Made by a program: the position numbers and the translations under genes. Shown piece after piece: positions 30,400 through 38,980 of a DNA stretch of 64,000 bases. Under the pieces are notes generated by a model that did no database searches, was not told where the DNA came from, and worked only from the letters and a program-made list of their open reading frames with translations. The first letter of the stretch is position 1. Each line of letters opens with the position of its first letter. This stretch comes from Clostridia bacterium (lineage in GTDB: Bacteria > Bacillota > Clostridia > Christensenellales > CAG-138): assembly GCA_030526995.1 (NCBI GenBank), contig JAUNBP010000004.1, positions 2,440-66,439 of the forward strand. Reading direction: 5' to 3'.

Positions 30400-31764
30400 A
30401 TGGACGGACGAGCGGTACTGACCTGTGGAATGAACTACGGCGATGAGGGCAAGGGGAGCTTTGTTGATTGGCTTGCCGAGGGGGGCGCTCCCGTCATAAT
30501 GAAGTACAACGGCGGGGCGCAGGCCTCGCACACGGTGGCCTCCCCAAGCGGAACGGTTCACCGCTTTGCCCAGCTCGGCTCGGGCATGTTCCACCCCGAT
30601 TGCAGCACCGTGCTCTGCGAAAACTTTACGATGGATCCCTTCAGCTTGGCCGTTGAATGCGAGGTCTTTGCCGAAAAGCTGAACCTGCCCGCCCAACGGG
30701 TTCTCGACAGGGTTACGGTACACGAAAACTGCCTGACCGTTACAAGGCTGCATCGCTGTATAAATCGGGTGGAGCTGGAGCAGCTTGCCTTACAGCGCAG
30801 CAGCGTGGGCACGGGGGTTAGCACCGCAGCGGCGGTTTTGGCTCAACACGGGATAGGGCTTCGTGCGGGTGAGCTTCAAACCCCGATACTGCGGGAGCGG
30901 TTGATGCTTCTTCAGGAGATACTGGAGCAGCGCCTGTCCATGGGCAGCTTCACCTACAATCCTGCGCTTGTCGAGGAGCTTGCCCGTGTGCGGGGACGCA
31001 ACGGGCTTTTGCATATGCTTCGCGAATACGATACCCTGTTTCAAACCTACCGCATCCGCACTGTGTCAAGCCTTGAAGCCTTTGAGGGCAGGCACCTCGT
31101 ACTTGAGGGGTCGCAGGGGCTTTTGCTGGACAGGAAGTACGGCATCCTGCCGCACACAACGCAGCTCGACACCACCGCCCTTTGGGGGAAGCGAGCCTAT
31201 CCAAAGGCAAGGGCGGTTGGAATTGTTAAGGCCTTTGCAACGAGGCACGGCGTTGGTGCCTTCCCGACCGAGGATGCAGAGCTGTCCGCCCGTCTCGACG
31301 ATCCCAATCAGGAGATAGGCAGGTACAACGGGCGCATTCGCTTTGGCCACTTCGATGCGGTTCTGACCCGATACGCCCAAAGAGTAAACGGCGTAGATGA
31401 GCTGCACGTGTCCTGCTTGGACAGGCTTACGGGCCTGCCCGAGCTTAAAATCTGCGTCGGCTACAGCTTTAACGGTGAGCCCGACGAGGACTTTGACCGT
31501 CTGTTCGCTTGGGAGCCTTCAAAAATCGGCGTGATTATTCGGGAGGTGCTGAGTTTGGGGAGCAAGGCGGACTTGTATCTTAGCCGCTGCACGCCGCTGT
31601 ACCTAAGCCTTCGCAGCTGGGATGAGGACATATCCGCTGCAAAGTCCCTTTGTGAGCTGCCCAAGAACTGCCGCAGCTACCTTGACGAACTCGAACGCTG
31701 CACCGAGATTCCCGTTACGGCGGTGTCCGTAGGTGCTACTCGCTGCAAGAAACTGAAGCGATGA
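30400..31764 (+). CDS. Adenylosuccinate synthetase (PurA) family paralog
   Basis: The P-loop is NYGDEGKGSFVDW, and YNGGAQASHTV matches GGxNAGHT. LVLEGSQGLLLD matches EGAQGxxLD, FATRHGVGAFPTE matches TRVGxGPFPTE, and NGRIRFGHFD matches TGRxRRxGWxD. The ATG at 30400 is 4 nt after the upstream stop. Confidence 0.75.
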   Translation: MDGRAVLTCGMNYGDEGKGSFVDWLAEGGAPVIMKYNGGAQASHTVASPSGTVHRFAQLGSGMFHPDCSTVLCENFTMDPFSLAVECEVFAEKLNLPAQRVLDRVTVHENCLTVTRLHRCINRVELEQLALQRSSVGTGVSTAAAVLAQHGIGLRAGELQTPILRERLMLLQEILEQRLSMGSFTYNPALVEELARVRGRNGLLHMLREYDTLFQTYRIRTVSSLEAFEGRHLVLEGSQGLLLDRKYGILPHTTQLDTTALWGKRAYPKARAVGIVKAFATRHGVGAFPTEDAELSARLDDPNQEIGRYNGRIRFGHFDAVLTRYAQRVNGVDELHVSCLDRLTGLPELKICVGYSFNGEPDEDFDRLFAWEPSKIGVIIREVLSLGSKADLYLSRCTPLYLSLRSWDEDISAAKSLCELPKNCRSYLDELERCTEIPVTAVSVGATRCKKLKR

Positions 31765-31806
31765 GGAGCCCTTGCCCTTCATTGGAGTCAAATACAGGAG
31801 GTAAAC

Positions 31807-32379
31807 ATGAATCTTGAATTTCTAAAAACCGCCCCCAAACCGTTCTTTATCCTGATTGCGGGAGCCTCGTGCAGCGGAAAGACGACGCTCGCACGCAAGC
31901 TCGCAAACGAGCTTGAGGCCTATGAGCCCCTTCTGCTCTGTCAGGACAACTGGTTTTGTGACCTACCCAACATCCCCCGTGCCGCTAACGGCTATCTCAA
32001 TTTGGAGTGTGCGGAGGCGTTTTGCTTGGAGGAGTTGCGCACTGCCGTGTTGCAGCTCATGCAGGGGAAGGACATCCTGTTGCCGCAGTACGATGTGGCT
32101 GCCAACAGGCGCAGCGGGCTTCAAACGGTTGCCTCCCGCCCCGTCGTGATATTGGAGGGGCTGCACACCATCCTGCTGTTTCATAGGATGCTGCAAAACC
32201 GCCACTCCATCTTTGTGAACACGCCCAAGCAGGTCTGCTGCGAGCGGCGGGTGCTTAGGGACACGAGGCTGTTTGGCATCGACGCTGAGCGGGTGAGAAC
32301 ACACTTTAACGAGGTAATCTATCCCTTCTACGCCCCGTACATCGCCCCGCAAAGGGAGATGGCGGATGAGCTGGTATGA
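31807..32379 (+). CDS. Uridine kinase / phosphoribulokinase-family P-loop kinase
   Basis: Walker A is IAGASCSGKTTLARKL. It also has CQDNWF (the sqDxfY region), VVILEGLH and ERRVLRD, which are typical of the Udk/PRK family. Confidence 0.65.
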   Translation: MNLEFLKTAPKPFFILIAGASCSGKTTLARKLANELEAYEPLLLCQDNWFCDLPNIPRAANGYLNLECAEAFCLEELRTAVLQLMQGKDILLPQYDVAANRRSGLQTVASRPVVILEGLHTILLFHRMLQNRHSIFVNTPKQVCCERRVLRDTRLFGIDAERVRTHFNEVIYPFYAPYIAPQREMADELV

Positions 32380-32400
32380 GAAATAGAAACGGAGGCTGCT

Positions 32401-33444
32401 ATGACACGTAATGACCTGTACAAACTTTTGATACGCTGCAAACGCCCGCATGAATTTTTCGGCGCAGTTGCAGATGAGGATGCGCTTAAGAAGCTGTACT
32501 TCAGCTTTGCAAAGCTGTTGCATCCCGACACGGCTTCTTCGGATGAGAAGTACATCTCGGAGGAGGCGATAAAACGGCTTAACGAGCTGTACGATATGGG
32601 AAGAAAGGAGCTTTTGGACGGCATCTATTCCGTAAGCAGCGTTACGGCAAGGTATAGCTCCATGAGCCCGCTGTTCTCCCTGAATATACGCAGTAAGGAG
32701 TATCACTTCTATGAATACATATTCGACGGGGAGGTTGCGGATGTCTACCGAGGCGTGTGCAACGGGCAGGTAGTCTGCCTCAAACATGCAAAGCTCTCCG
32801 AGGATGACGCACTCTTGGAGGCGGAGTACGATACGCTGATGCAGATTGCGCACGTCCTTCTGCCCGTGATGCGCGAAAAGCTCACAATCAACGGCACCAC
32901 TGCCCTTATCATGGACGAGGTGGAAGGCGTTATGCTTACGGAGATTATTGAGCAGTACCCCTCGGGTATCCCCGTTGAACACATCCCTTGGATATTGGAG
33001 CGGTTGTTCAGCGTGGTGGGTTATCTCCACTTTAACAAGATTGTTCACGGGAATCTGACCTCGGAAAACGTGATGCTCAACAAGGCAAACCACAAGGTTT
33101 CGACCGTGGGCTTTTCGTTCCATATCCCCAATGCGGATTCCCCCGACAGTAGATATAAGACCCGAAATCCACGCTACTGTGCGCCGGAAATCAGCAAGAT
33201 TGCACGGGTAACCCCCGCTGCCGACATCTATTCCATAGGCAGAATTGCCATCGAACTGCTCGGCGGCGACCTTGACACGAACACGCTGCCCTCAAGCATT
33301 GACCCTCGTTTGCGGCTCTTCATCGGAAAACTGACAGAGCCCAATGTGAGCAAGCGACCCTATGACGCATGGCGGTTGTGGGATGAACTCATTGCCCTTC
33401 GGCAACAGGTATTCGGACCCAAACGGTTTATACCGTTAATATAA
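32401..33444 (+). CDS. J-domain (DnaJ-like) fused to a Ser/Thr-kinase-like domain that appears catalytically dead
   Basis: The N-terminus has an intact HPD (FAKLLHPDTASSDEK). The kinase fold retains VCLK (VAIK Lys), CAPE (APE) and DIYSIGRIAIELLGG. The catalytic loop reads HGNLTSEN instead of HRDLKxxN, and no DFG Asp is present (STVGFSF). Confidence 0.7.
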   Translation: MTRNDLYKLLIRCKRPHEFFGAVADEDALKKLYFSFAKLLHPDTASSDEKYISEEAIKRLNELYDMGRKELLDGIYSVSSVTARYSSMSPLFSLNIRSKEYHFYEYIFDGEVADVYRGVCNGQVVCLKHAKLSEDDALLEAEYDTLMQIAHVLLPVMREKLTINGTTALIMDEVEGVMLTEIIEQYPSGIPVEHIPWILERLFSVVGYLHFNKIVHGNLTSENVMLNKANHKVSTVGFSFHIPNADSPDSRYKTRNPRYCAPEISKIARVTPAADIYSIGRIAIELLGGDLDTNTLPSSIDPRLRLFIGKLTEPNVSKRPYDAWRLWDELIALRQQVFGPKRFIPLI

Positions 33445-33464
33445 AACATAAGGAGGAACTTATT

Positions 33465-34412
33465 ATGGGTGGAGCAAGTTATGACAGAGATGTGTACAGT
33501 TCAAGCAGCACGGGTAGTTGGAGCGGCAGCACCGTATCGCATAAGGTGTTGAGCAAGTCAAGTCTGGATTCCTGTATGTTGCCAACGGACAGGATAATCG
33601 AAAGTACCGCTAAAACGCCGATTGTGATTCTGTTGGACGTGACGGGTTCAAACATCGCCTTTGCGAGAATTGTGTACGACAAGATGCCCATGCTTTACGG
33701 GCAGATTGAACAGCAGGGCTACTTGGAGGACTTCGATATCTCCGTGTGCGCCGTGGGCGACGCCTATTGCGACAGGTACCCTTTGCAGGTTGCGGACTTT
33801 GCCAAGGGTGCTGCAATCGATGACTGGCTGAGTCAGCTCGTATTGGAGGGCGGCGGCGGAGGGCAGTTCTGCGAGTCCTATGAATTGGCGGCCTACTATA
33901 TGTACCGAAATACGCGCTTTCGCGCAGACGCCAAGCCCATCCTGTTCTACATCGCCGACGAGGCGCCGTATGACACGGTCAACCCCGCACAGGCAAAGGC
34001 CATTGTGAGCGATGAATCCACGTTCAACGGCGATCCCTTCCCGCTTCTGCGCGAGAAGTTTGGGGAGCGGGTGTTCCTGCTAAAGCGGCCCTACAATGAT
34101 GCAACGGAGATTGCATGGAGCAGGTGCCTGCCCTCGAAGAAGTACCAACAGATAATCCGTTTGGGCAGCGGGGAGGAGCGCTCGGTAGTCGACCTGATAC
34201 TCGGCATCATCGCCCTCATGTACGGAACTCGCTCCGTTTCGGACTATAAGGTGGATATGATCAATCGCGGTCAGGACGATGAGAGGGTTCGCTCGGTTAC
34301 CAAAAACCTGAATCCGCTTGAAAAATCGCTCGCCTTAATTCAGAACGTTTCGGGGCTCGATGCGCTGAAAAACGCCTCTAAGCGCACTTCGTCACCTTCG
34401 AAACGGCTGTAA
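33465..34412 (+). CDS. von Willebrand factor A (vWA)-like protein
   Basis: The MIDAS-like start of the Rossmann strand is PIVILLDVTGSN. It is followed by GGGGGQFCESYELAAYY and the FYIADEAPYD strand, in the usual vWA order. Assignment is by pattern only. Confidence 0.5.
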   Translation: MGGASYDRDVYSSSSTGSWSGSTVSHKVLSKSSLDSCMLPTDRIIESTAKTPIVILLDVTGSNIAFARIVYDKMPMLYGQIEQQGYLEDFDISVCAVGDAYCDRYPLQVADFAKGAAIDDWLSQLVLEGGGGGQFCESYELAAYYMYRNTRFRADAKPILFYIADEAPYDTVNPAQAKAIVSDESTFNGDPFPLLREKFGERVFLLKRPYNDATEIAWSRCLPSKKYQQIIRLGSGEERSVVDLILGIIALMYGTRSVSDYKVDMINRGQDDERVRSVTKNLNPLEKSLALIQNVSGLDALKNASKRTSSPSKRL

Positions 34413-34458
34413 GGTCAAAACGGTGGATTTTTCCTCACTGTAAGCGAAAGGAGTTTGT

Positions 34459-35046
34459 ATGCTGAATATTCCGTCGTATGCGTATATTAACCGCATTGAG
34501 AGCCGAATAAGTTTCGAGAAGTTTCCCGAAAGGAGATTGGAGTGGTCGAGAATCTGGTTGGGCGCCTTTGAGGACTTGCGCAATAACCGCTTTTATCAGA
34601 TGGATGACGGCACGCTGCTGTTCCAAAAGATAGCGGGGGCGTCCACCGAGGCCAAGGGTGAGCTGGTTAGGGAGTTTGGAGACGGGCTTGTTTTTGTCAA
34701 CTCCGATCCCAATGCCGGTATGATAATTAATGCGCTTGCTGCGGTTTATGCCACGAGGAAGGGGAAATTTCCCCTTCCCATCCCCGCAGAAAACGATTAT
34801 TCCGTATTTGTGTCAAGCGTTGCGGGCTTTCCGAATTGCGTTATGCTTGCCCTGCTCGACCATATAGAAAAGCACAATCCCGAATATGCGGGGGAAACGG
34901 TTCCTAAAAAGCAGCTTTACAAGATTCGGCTTATGCAGGATATGCCGCAGGATGCCCTCAATGCGTTTTGCGAAAAGCTAAAGTTGGTGCCGGAGTTCTG
35001 CCCGTGGGCGGAAACAAGGCTCTATACCGCCGATATGCCGTATTAA
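34459..35046 (+). CDS. Hypothetical protein (195 aa), last gene of the operon
   Basis: It is on the same strand, 46 nt after the vWA-like gene, with protein-like composition. No family was recognised. Confidence 0.5.
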   Translation: MLNIPSYAYINRIESRISFEKFPERRLEWSRIWLGAFEDLRNNRFYQMDDGTLLFQKIAGASTEAKGELVREFGDGLVFVNSDPNAGMIINALAAVYATRKGKFPLPIPAENDYSVFVSSVAGFPNCVMLALLDHIEKHNPEYAGETVPKKQLYKIRLMQDMPQDALNAFCEKLKLVPEFCPWAETRLYTADMPY

Positions 35047-35075
35047 TAAGGGGCGGGCTCCGTTTTTTATGCATG

Positions 35076-35098
35076 AAAAGTCACTTCGGTGGCTTTTT
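35076..35098 (+). terminator. Intrinsic terminator of the six-gene operon
   Basis: AAAAGTCAC-TTCG-GTGGCTTTTT forms an 8-bp stem with one G-U pair and a UUCG loop, followed by a T-run. Confidence 0.6.
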
Positions 35099-35117
35099 GT
35101 CGAATGTAGGGTGAAAC

Positions 35118-35195
35118 GGGCGGGCGGATGATATCCGCCCCTACGGGGGGTGGGGTGTTCCGGGCGGGCGGAGGGTATCCGCCCGTACAGGTGGG
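35118..35195 (+). repeat. GC-rich REP-like palindromic units, two copies
   Basis: GGGCGGGCGGATGATATCCGCCCCTACGGGGGG (35118-35150) is almost identical to the unit at 29197-29227. A second copy, CGGGCGGGCGGAGGGTATCCGCCCGTACAGGTGGG, lies at 35161-35195. Both have the same orientation as the upstream copies. Confidence 0.7.
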
Positions 35196-35226
35196 TAGGG
35201 TGTTTCGGGTGGGCGAAATAGTTCGC

Positions 35227-37002
35227 TTAGGCGAGCCATTCGGCTTGTGAGTCCCACATTTTGGCGTAGAGGCCCTGCTTTTTCAAGAGCTCCTCGTGGG
35301 TGCCGATTTCGGCTATCGTGCCATTGTCCATGACAACTATTCTGTCGGCTATTTTACAGGAGCCCAGTCGGTGGGTGACGATTATTGCGGTGTTGTCCTT
35401 GGCTATTTCTGCAAATCGGTTGTAAACCCTCGTCTCCTCCATGGGGTCTATGGCAGCGGTGGGTTCGTCCAAGATTATCAGCTCGTGGGTGCGGTACAGG
35501 CCCCTTGCTATCGCTATGCGCTGCCACTGTCCGCCGGAGATGTCGGTGCCGCCGAACTCCTGGGAAAGCAGGGTTGAAACGCCATCGGGGTAGGAGCCGC
35601 AGTCGAGTTCGACGTTGCCTTGGGTAAGAGCGGTTGAAAGCCCCTCGCCGTCTTTGTCGCTGCGGGAGAAATCGCCTATGCGCACGTTCCTTTCGAGCGT
35701 CATCTTGTACCTGCCGTAGTCCTGAAACACCGTGGAGGTTCCTTCAAACAGCTTATCGGGGTCGGCGTTTTGTGAGTTTGCGCCACCGATATATACAGCG
35801 CCCGCGCTTGGCGTGTACAGTCCCATGATGAGCTTTACGAGCGTGGACTTGCCCGCGCCGTTCATGCCGACTATTGCAAGCGTTTCCTTGGGACGAATCG
35901 TCAGCGAAACGCCCTTTATGCTCTCTGTTTCGGAGCCGGGGTAGGAAAAATGCACGTTCTCAAGCCTTACGCCCTTGTCGAGGTCAACGCTTTCGTTGCC
36001 CTCCCTCTCCTTCATATCCAAAAGCTTTAATACGTTCGCCGCCATCGGCGTGGTCTCTAGGACCGCACCGAGGTTCGATATGAGCATCTCCTCCATCCGC
36101 GAGAACATTCCCGAAAGCGAGGTGAACACCGCCGCAAATATGCCCACGCCGATAAAGCCCTTCAAAAGCGAGTCCACGAGCATCATTAAAAGCAGCCCGT
36201 AGAAAACGAAGGTCATAACCTGCAGCGCCAGTTCGACCGCCGCTACCTTGCCCTCCTTCTTCCATATCTCGCGGTTTAGAAGCCTTATCGCCTCGCGGTA
36301 CCTTCTGCGGAAGAAGTGGAAGGCGCCCAAGAGCCGAGTTTCCTTGAAAAACTCCCTTGCTCCCATGCAGTTTTCGTAATGCTCGTACCTGCGGCGTATA
36401 GGTGCCGCCTTGTCCTCTGTAAGCCTGCTCTGCTTCATCTTGTAAAGCTGAGACAACAGCACCGGAATGAACACGATTATCGGCATTATCGCAAGTATCG
36501 GGCGCAGGGTGAAGAGGTAGATTGCGATTATTATGAAGAACGGAAGATAGCCGAACACGATGAGAAGCAGTATGTTTACCAGCGACACCCCGCCGCCTAA
36601 GCCCTGCTCCGCCTTGTTTATGGCGTCAAGCGTTTCGGGCTTTTCCATCTCTATCGGGGACAGCCTGTTTATCTTTTCTATGACTTTTATCGACATCTTG
36701 GTGGCGCAGCGGTTTACGCAGTCGCCTATCCTCGAATTGACATAGCTGTTCAAAAACGGGGTCGCAACCGCAATCAGTATGCCCATGGCGAGCCAAAATG
36801 CAATCGTCGTCCACTCCTGCCCGTTGTAGGTTTCAATCGCGGTATAGAGCTGTGCATTGACTATCGTAGTTATCGCAAGGGAGGCGCACAGTGCAAGCTC
36901 GACGATTACGAGGATAATCATTCGCTTGGGTATCGCCTTGAACGAATATTTTCCGAAGCGCAGGGCTACCTTTAAGGTCGAATAGGGCTTATTCTTCTTC
37001 AT
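35227..37002 (-). CDS. ABC exporter, fused permease/ATPase
   Basis: An N-terminal 6-TM domain is followed by Walker A (GMNGAGKST), the signature (ISGGQWQRIAIAR) and Walker B (LIILDEPT). The ATGA overlaps the upstream partner. Confidence 0.85.
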   Translation of the reverse strand: MKKNKPYSTLKVALRFGKYSFKAIPKRMIILVIVELALCASLAITTIVNAQLYTAIETYNGQEWTTIAFWLAMGILIAVATPFLNSYVNSRIGDCVNRCATKMSIKVIEKINRLSPIEMEKPETLDAINKAEQGLGGGVSLVNILLLIVFGYLPFFIIIAIYLFTLRPILAIMPIIVFIPVLLSQLYKMKQSRLTEDKAAPIRRRYEHYENCMGAREFFKETRLLGAFHFFRRRYREAIRLLNREIWKKEGKVAAVELALQVMTFVFYGLLLMMLVDSLLKGFIGVGIFAAVFTSLSGMFSRMEEMLISNLGAVLETTPMAANVLKLLDMKEREGNESVDLDKGVRLENVHFSYPGSETESIKGVSLTIRPKETLAIVGMNGAGKSTLVKLIMGLYTPSAGAVYIGGANSQNADPDKLFEGTSTVFQDYGRYKMTLERNVRIGDFSRSDKDGEGLSTALTQGNVELDCGSYPDGVSTLLSQEFGGTDISGGQWQRIAIARGLYRTHELIILDEPTAAIDPMEETRVYNRFAEIAKDNTAIIVTHRLGSCKIADRIVVMDNGTIAEIGTHEELLKKQGLYAKMWDSQAEWLA

Positions 37003-38843
37003 GCGTACCACCCCCTCTGGCTCTCGTACATCTCGGCGTAAAGCCCCTGCTCCTTCATAAGCTGTTCGTGGCTGCCCTTTTCCACTGCCCTGCCGCCGTC
37101 GAGCACGAATATCTTGTCGGCAAGCTTTGTGGAACCCAACCTGTGGCTTATGAATATCGTCGTTCTGTCCTTGGAAATGTCTCTAAAGTTCACATATACC
37201 TCCGCCTCGGCAAGCGGGTCGAGCGCTGCCGTGGGTTCATCGAGAATCTTTATCTCGGACGGGCTGAATATCGATCTTGCCATGACTATGCGCTGCCATT
37301 CGCCGCCCGAAACGTCGGTGCCGTCCGCCTCTATCTTGCCTATGTGCGCATCAAGTCCTATCCTGTCCACGAGGTGTTTTAAGCCCGCAAGCCTGACCGC
37401 CGAATCCATCCTCTCGTTTCTTAATGACTCGCCGTCCTTCCATGCGCCCACATCGCCTATCATTATGTTCTCATCCAGCTCGAGCTGGTACTTTGCAAAA
37501 TCCTGAAACACGCAGGCGAACCAGCCCTTGAGTTCTGATAAGTCGTAGGTTTTAAGCTCCCTGCCGTTTAGGAGTATCTCGCCCTCGTAGTCCCTGTAAA
37601 GCCCCAAGAGCAGCTTTGTAATCGTGGTCTTGCCCGCCCCGTTTATGCCTACGAACGAGTAATGCTTTCCGCTTTCGATATTAAAGCTCAGCCCGTCAAG
37701 CACCCAATTTTCGGTGTTCGGATATCTAAAGCGCACGGAGCGAAACTCCAAGGAGCGGAAGGGCTCATCGCTGCGCTTGGGTATTTCAAGCGCGCCCTCC
37801 TGTTCGGGAAGGGCGATAAGCGCCGTTACGTCCTTCATGTAACCGAAGTATTTTGCAAGCTCCTGCGAAAGCCAAGAGACCTGCCAGCGCATCGAGCTTA
37901 TCATGGTGGCAATCGCACCCGTGAGTGCTATGAACATGCCCGTGCTTATGCTGCCCTGAAGCGTTGCCACGAGCAAAAACACGGAGGATATCACGCTTGC
38001 CGCCGTCATCGTGAGCGAGCTTATGTTCATATATCGGAACTGTTTTTTGGTTACTGCAAACTGTACGTCCATCGCCTCGGTCATGTTTTTATCGTAATCC
38101 TTGGAAAGCTCGTAGGTATAATCGAACACCGTGCGCTCCGCCGTAGTCTCCCTTGAACTCATGATGTCGGCAAGGTACATAGCCCGCCTGCGCTTTTCCG
38201 CCGCCTCTCGGTTCTCGTCGTATATGCGCTTGCCGCCCCTTAGCGACACGAATAACATCGGTATCAGCGTAATCGTAATTACTATGCCTACCCACCATAT
38301 CTCGGTCGTGATGAGCGTGATAAGCGAGATGAACGAGATTACCGTACTCGCTGCCGAAATGAGCGTTAAAAAGGTCTGATAGGTGACCTCCTCGGGCGTT
38401 TTGTACTCGAACGGGGGCGCGAACACCCTTTGAATCAAATTCCAGTCGTCGGTGTTTTCTATGCAGCTGTAATCGAGCATTCCCCGCTTTAGCATGAGCC
38501 TGGGTCTTAGCCACGCCCGAAGTCCGTTGACCGTGCGAATCTTTGCAAGGGCGCTCGTCTTGCTCGTGAGCATATTCGCCGCAGCTATCAAAAGCACAAA
38601 CAGTATAGGAAGCAAGAGCCTTTCCATGCCCTCGGCATAATTCGCCGCTCCCTCCTTGACAAGGGCGATTGCGCTGTCCACGAAGTTGGCGGTTGCAAGC
38701 GCCATGAGCGTTGGCACCACTGCGGTTATCGCTGCTATTGCTATGCGCAAAAGCGCAGCCATGGGCGCTGCTGCAAGCGAAAAGTATAGGCTGTCGAATA
38801 TCGTGTATTTGCGTTTTTTCAGGGGTCGGTTGTCGGCTTTCAT
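36999..38843 (-). CDS. ABC exporter, fused permease/ATPase (heterodimer partner)
   Basis: It has Walker A (GINGAGKTT), the signature (VSGGEWQRIVMAR) and Walker B (IKILDEPT). Confidence 0.85.
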   Translation of the reverse strand: MKADNRPLKKRKYTIFDSLYFSLAAAPMAALLRIAIAAITAVVPTLMALATANFVDSAIALVKEGAANYAEGMERLLLPILFVLLIAAANMLTSKTSALAKIRTVNGLRAWLRPRLMLKRGMLDYSCIENTDDWNLIQRVFAPPFEYKTPEEVTYQTFLTLISAASTVISFISLITLITTEIWWVGIVITITLIPMLFVSLRGGKRIYDENREAAEKRRRAMYLADIMSSRETTAERTVFDYTYELSKDYDKNMTEAMDVQFAVTKKQFRYMNISSLTMTAASVISSVFLLVATLQGSISTGMFIALTGAIATMISSMRWQVSWLSQELAKYFGYMKDVTALIALPEQEGALEIPKRSDEPFRSLEFRSVRFRYPNTENWVLDGLSFNIESGKHYSFVGINGAGKTTITKLLLGLYRDYEGEILLNGRELKTYDLSELKGWFACVFQDFAKYQLELDENIMIGDVGAWKDGESLRNERMDSAVRLAGLKHLVDRIGLDAHIGKIEADGTDVSGGEWQRIVMARSIFSPSEIKILDEPTAALDPLAEAEVYVNFRDISKDRTTIFISHRLGSTKLADKIFVLDGGRAVEKGSHEQLMKEQGLYAEMYESQRGWYA

Positions 38844-38980
38844 ATCATTTCCTTTGAGCTTATGCGCTCGTTTTATTTGCCGTCATTATATAACGTGCTG
38901 AACGCTATTACAATCGACAATCGGTTGAAAACGAAAAAAAGCCTCTCATCCAACGGTTGAGAGGGCGGTTGAAGTCCGTG

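Noticed and set aside
29490-31764. A phage-type Z-genome (2-aminoadenine) cluster centred on a PurZ-like gene
   Set aside because: No datZ, mazZ or dpoZ-like genes and no phage structural or replication genes are nearby. The partners here (PK-like, Udk-like, J-pseudokinase, vWA) differ from known PurZ neighbourhoods. PurZ is kept only as an analogy for substrate switching.
32401-34412. A TerY-P triad (vWA + PP2C phosphatase + Ser/Thr kinase)
   Set aside because: No PP2C phosphatase gene is present. The kinase-like domain appears catalytically inactive and carries a J-domain. No ter genes are nearby.
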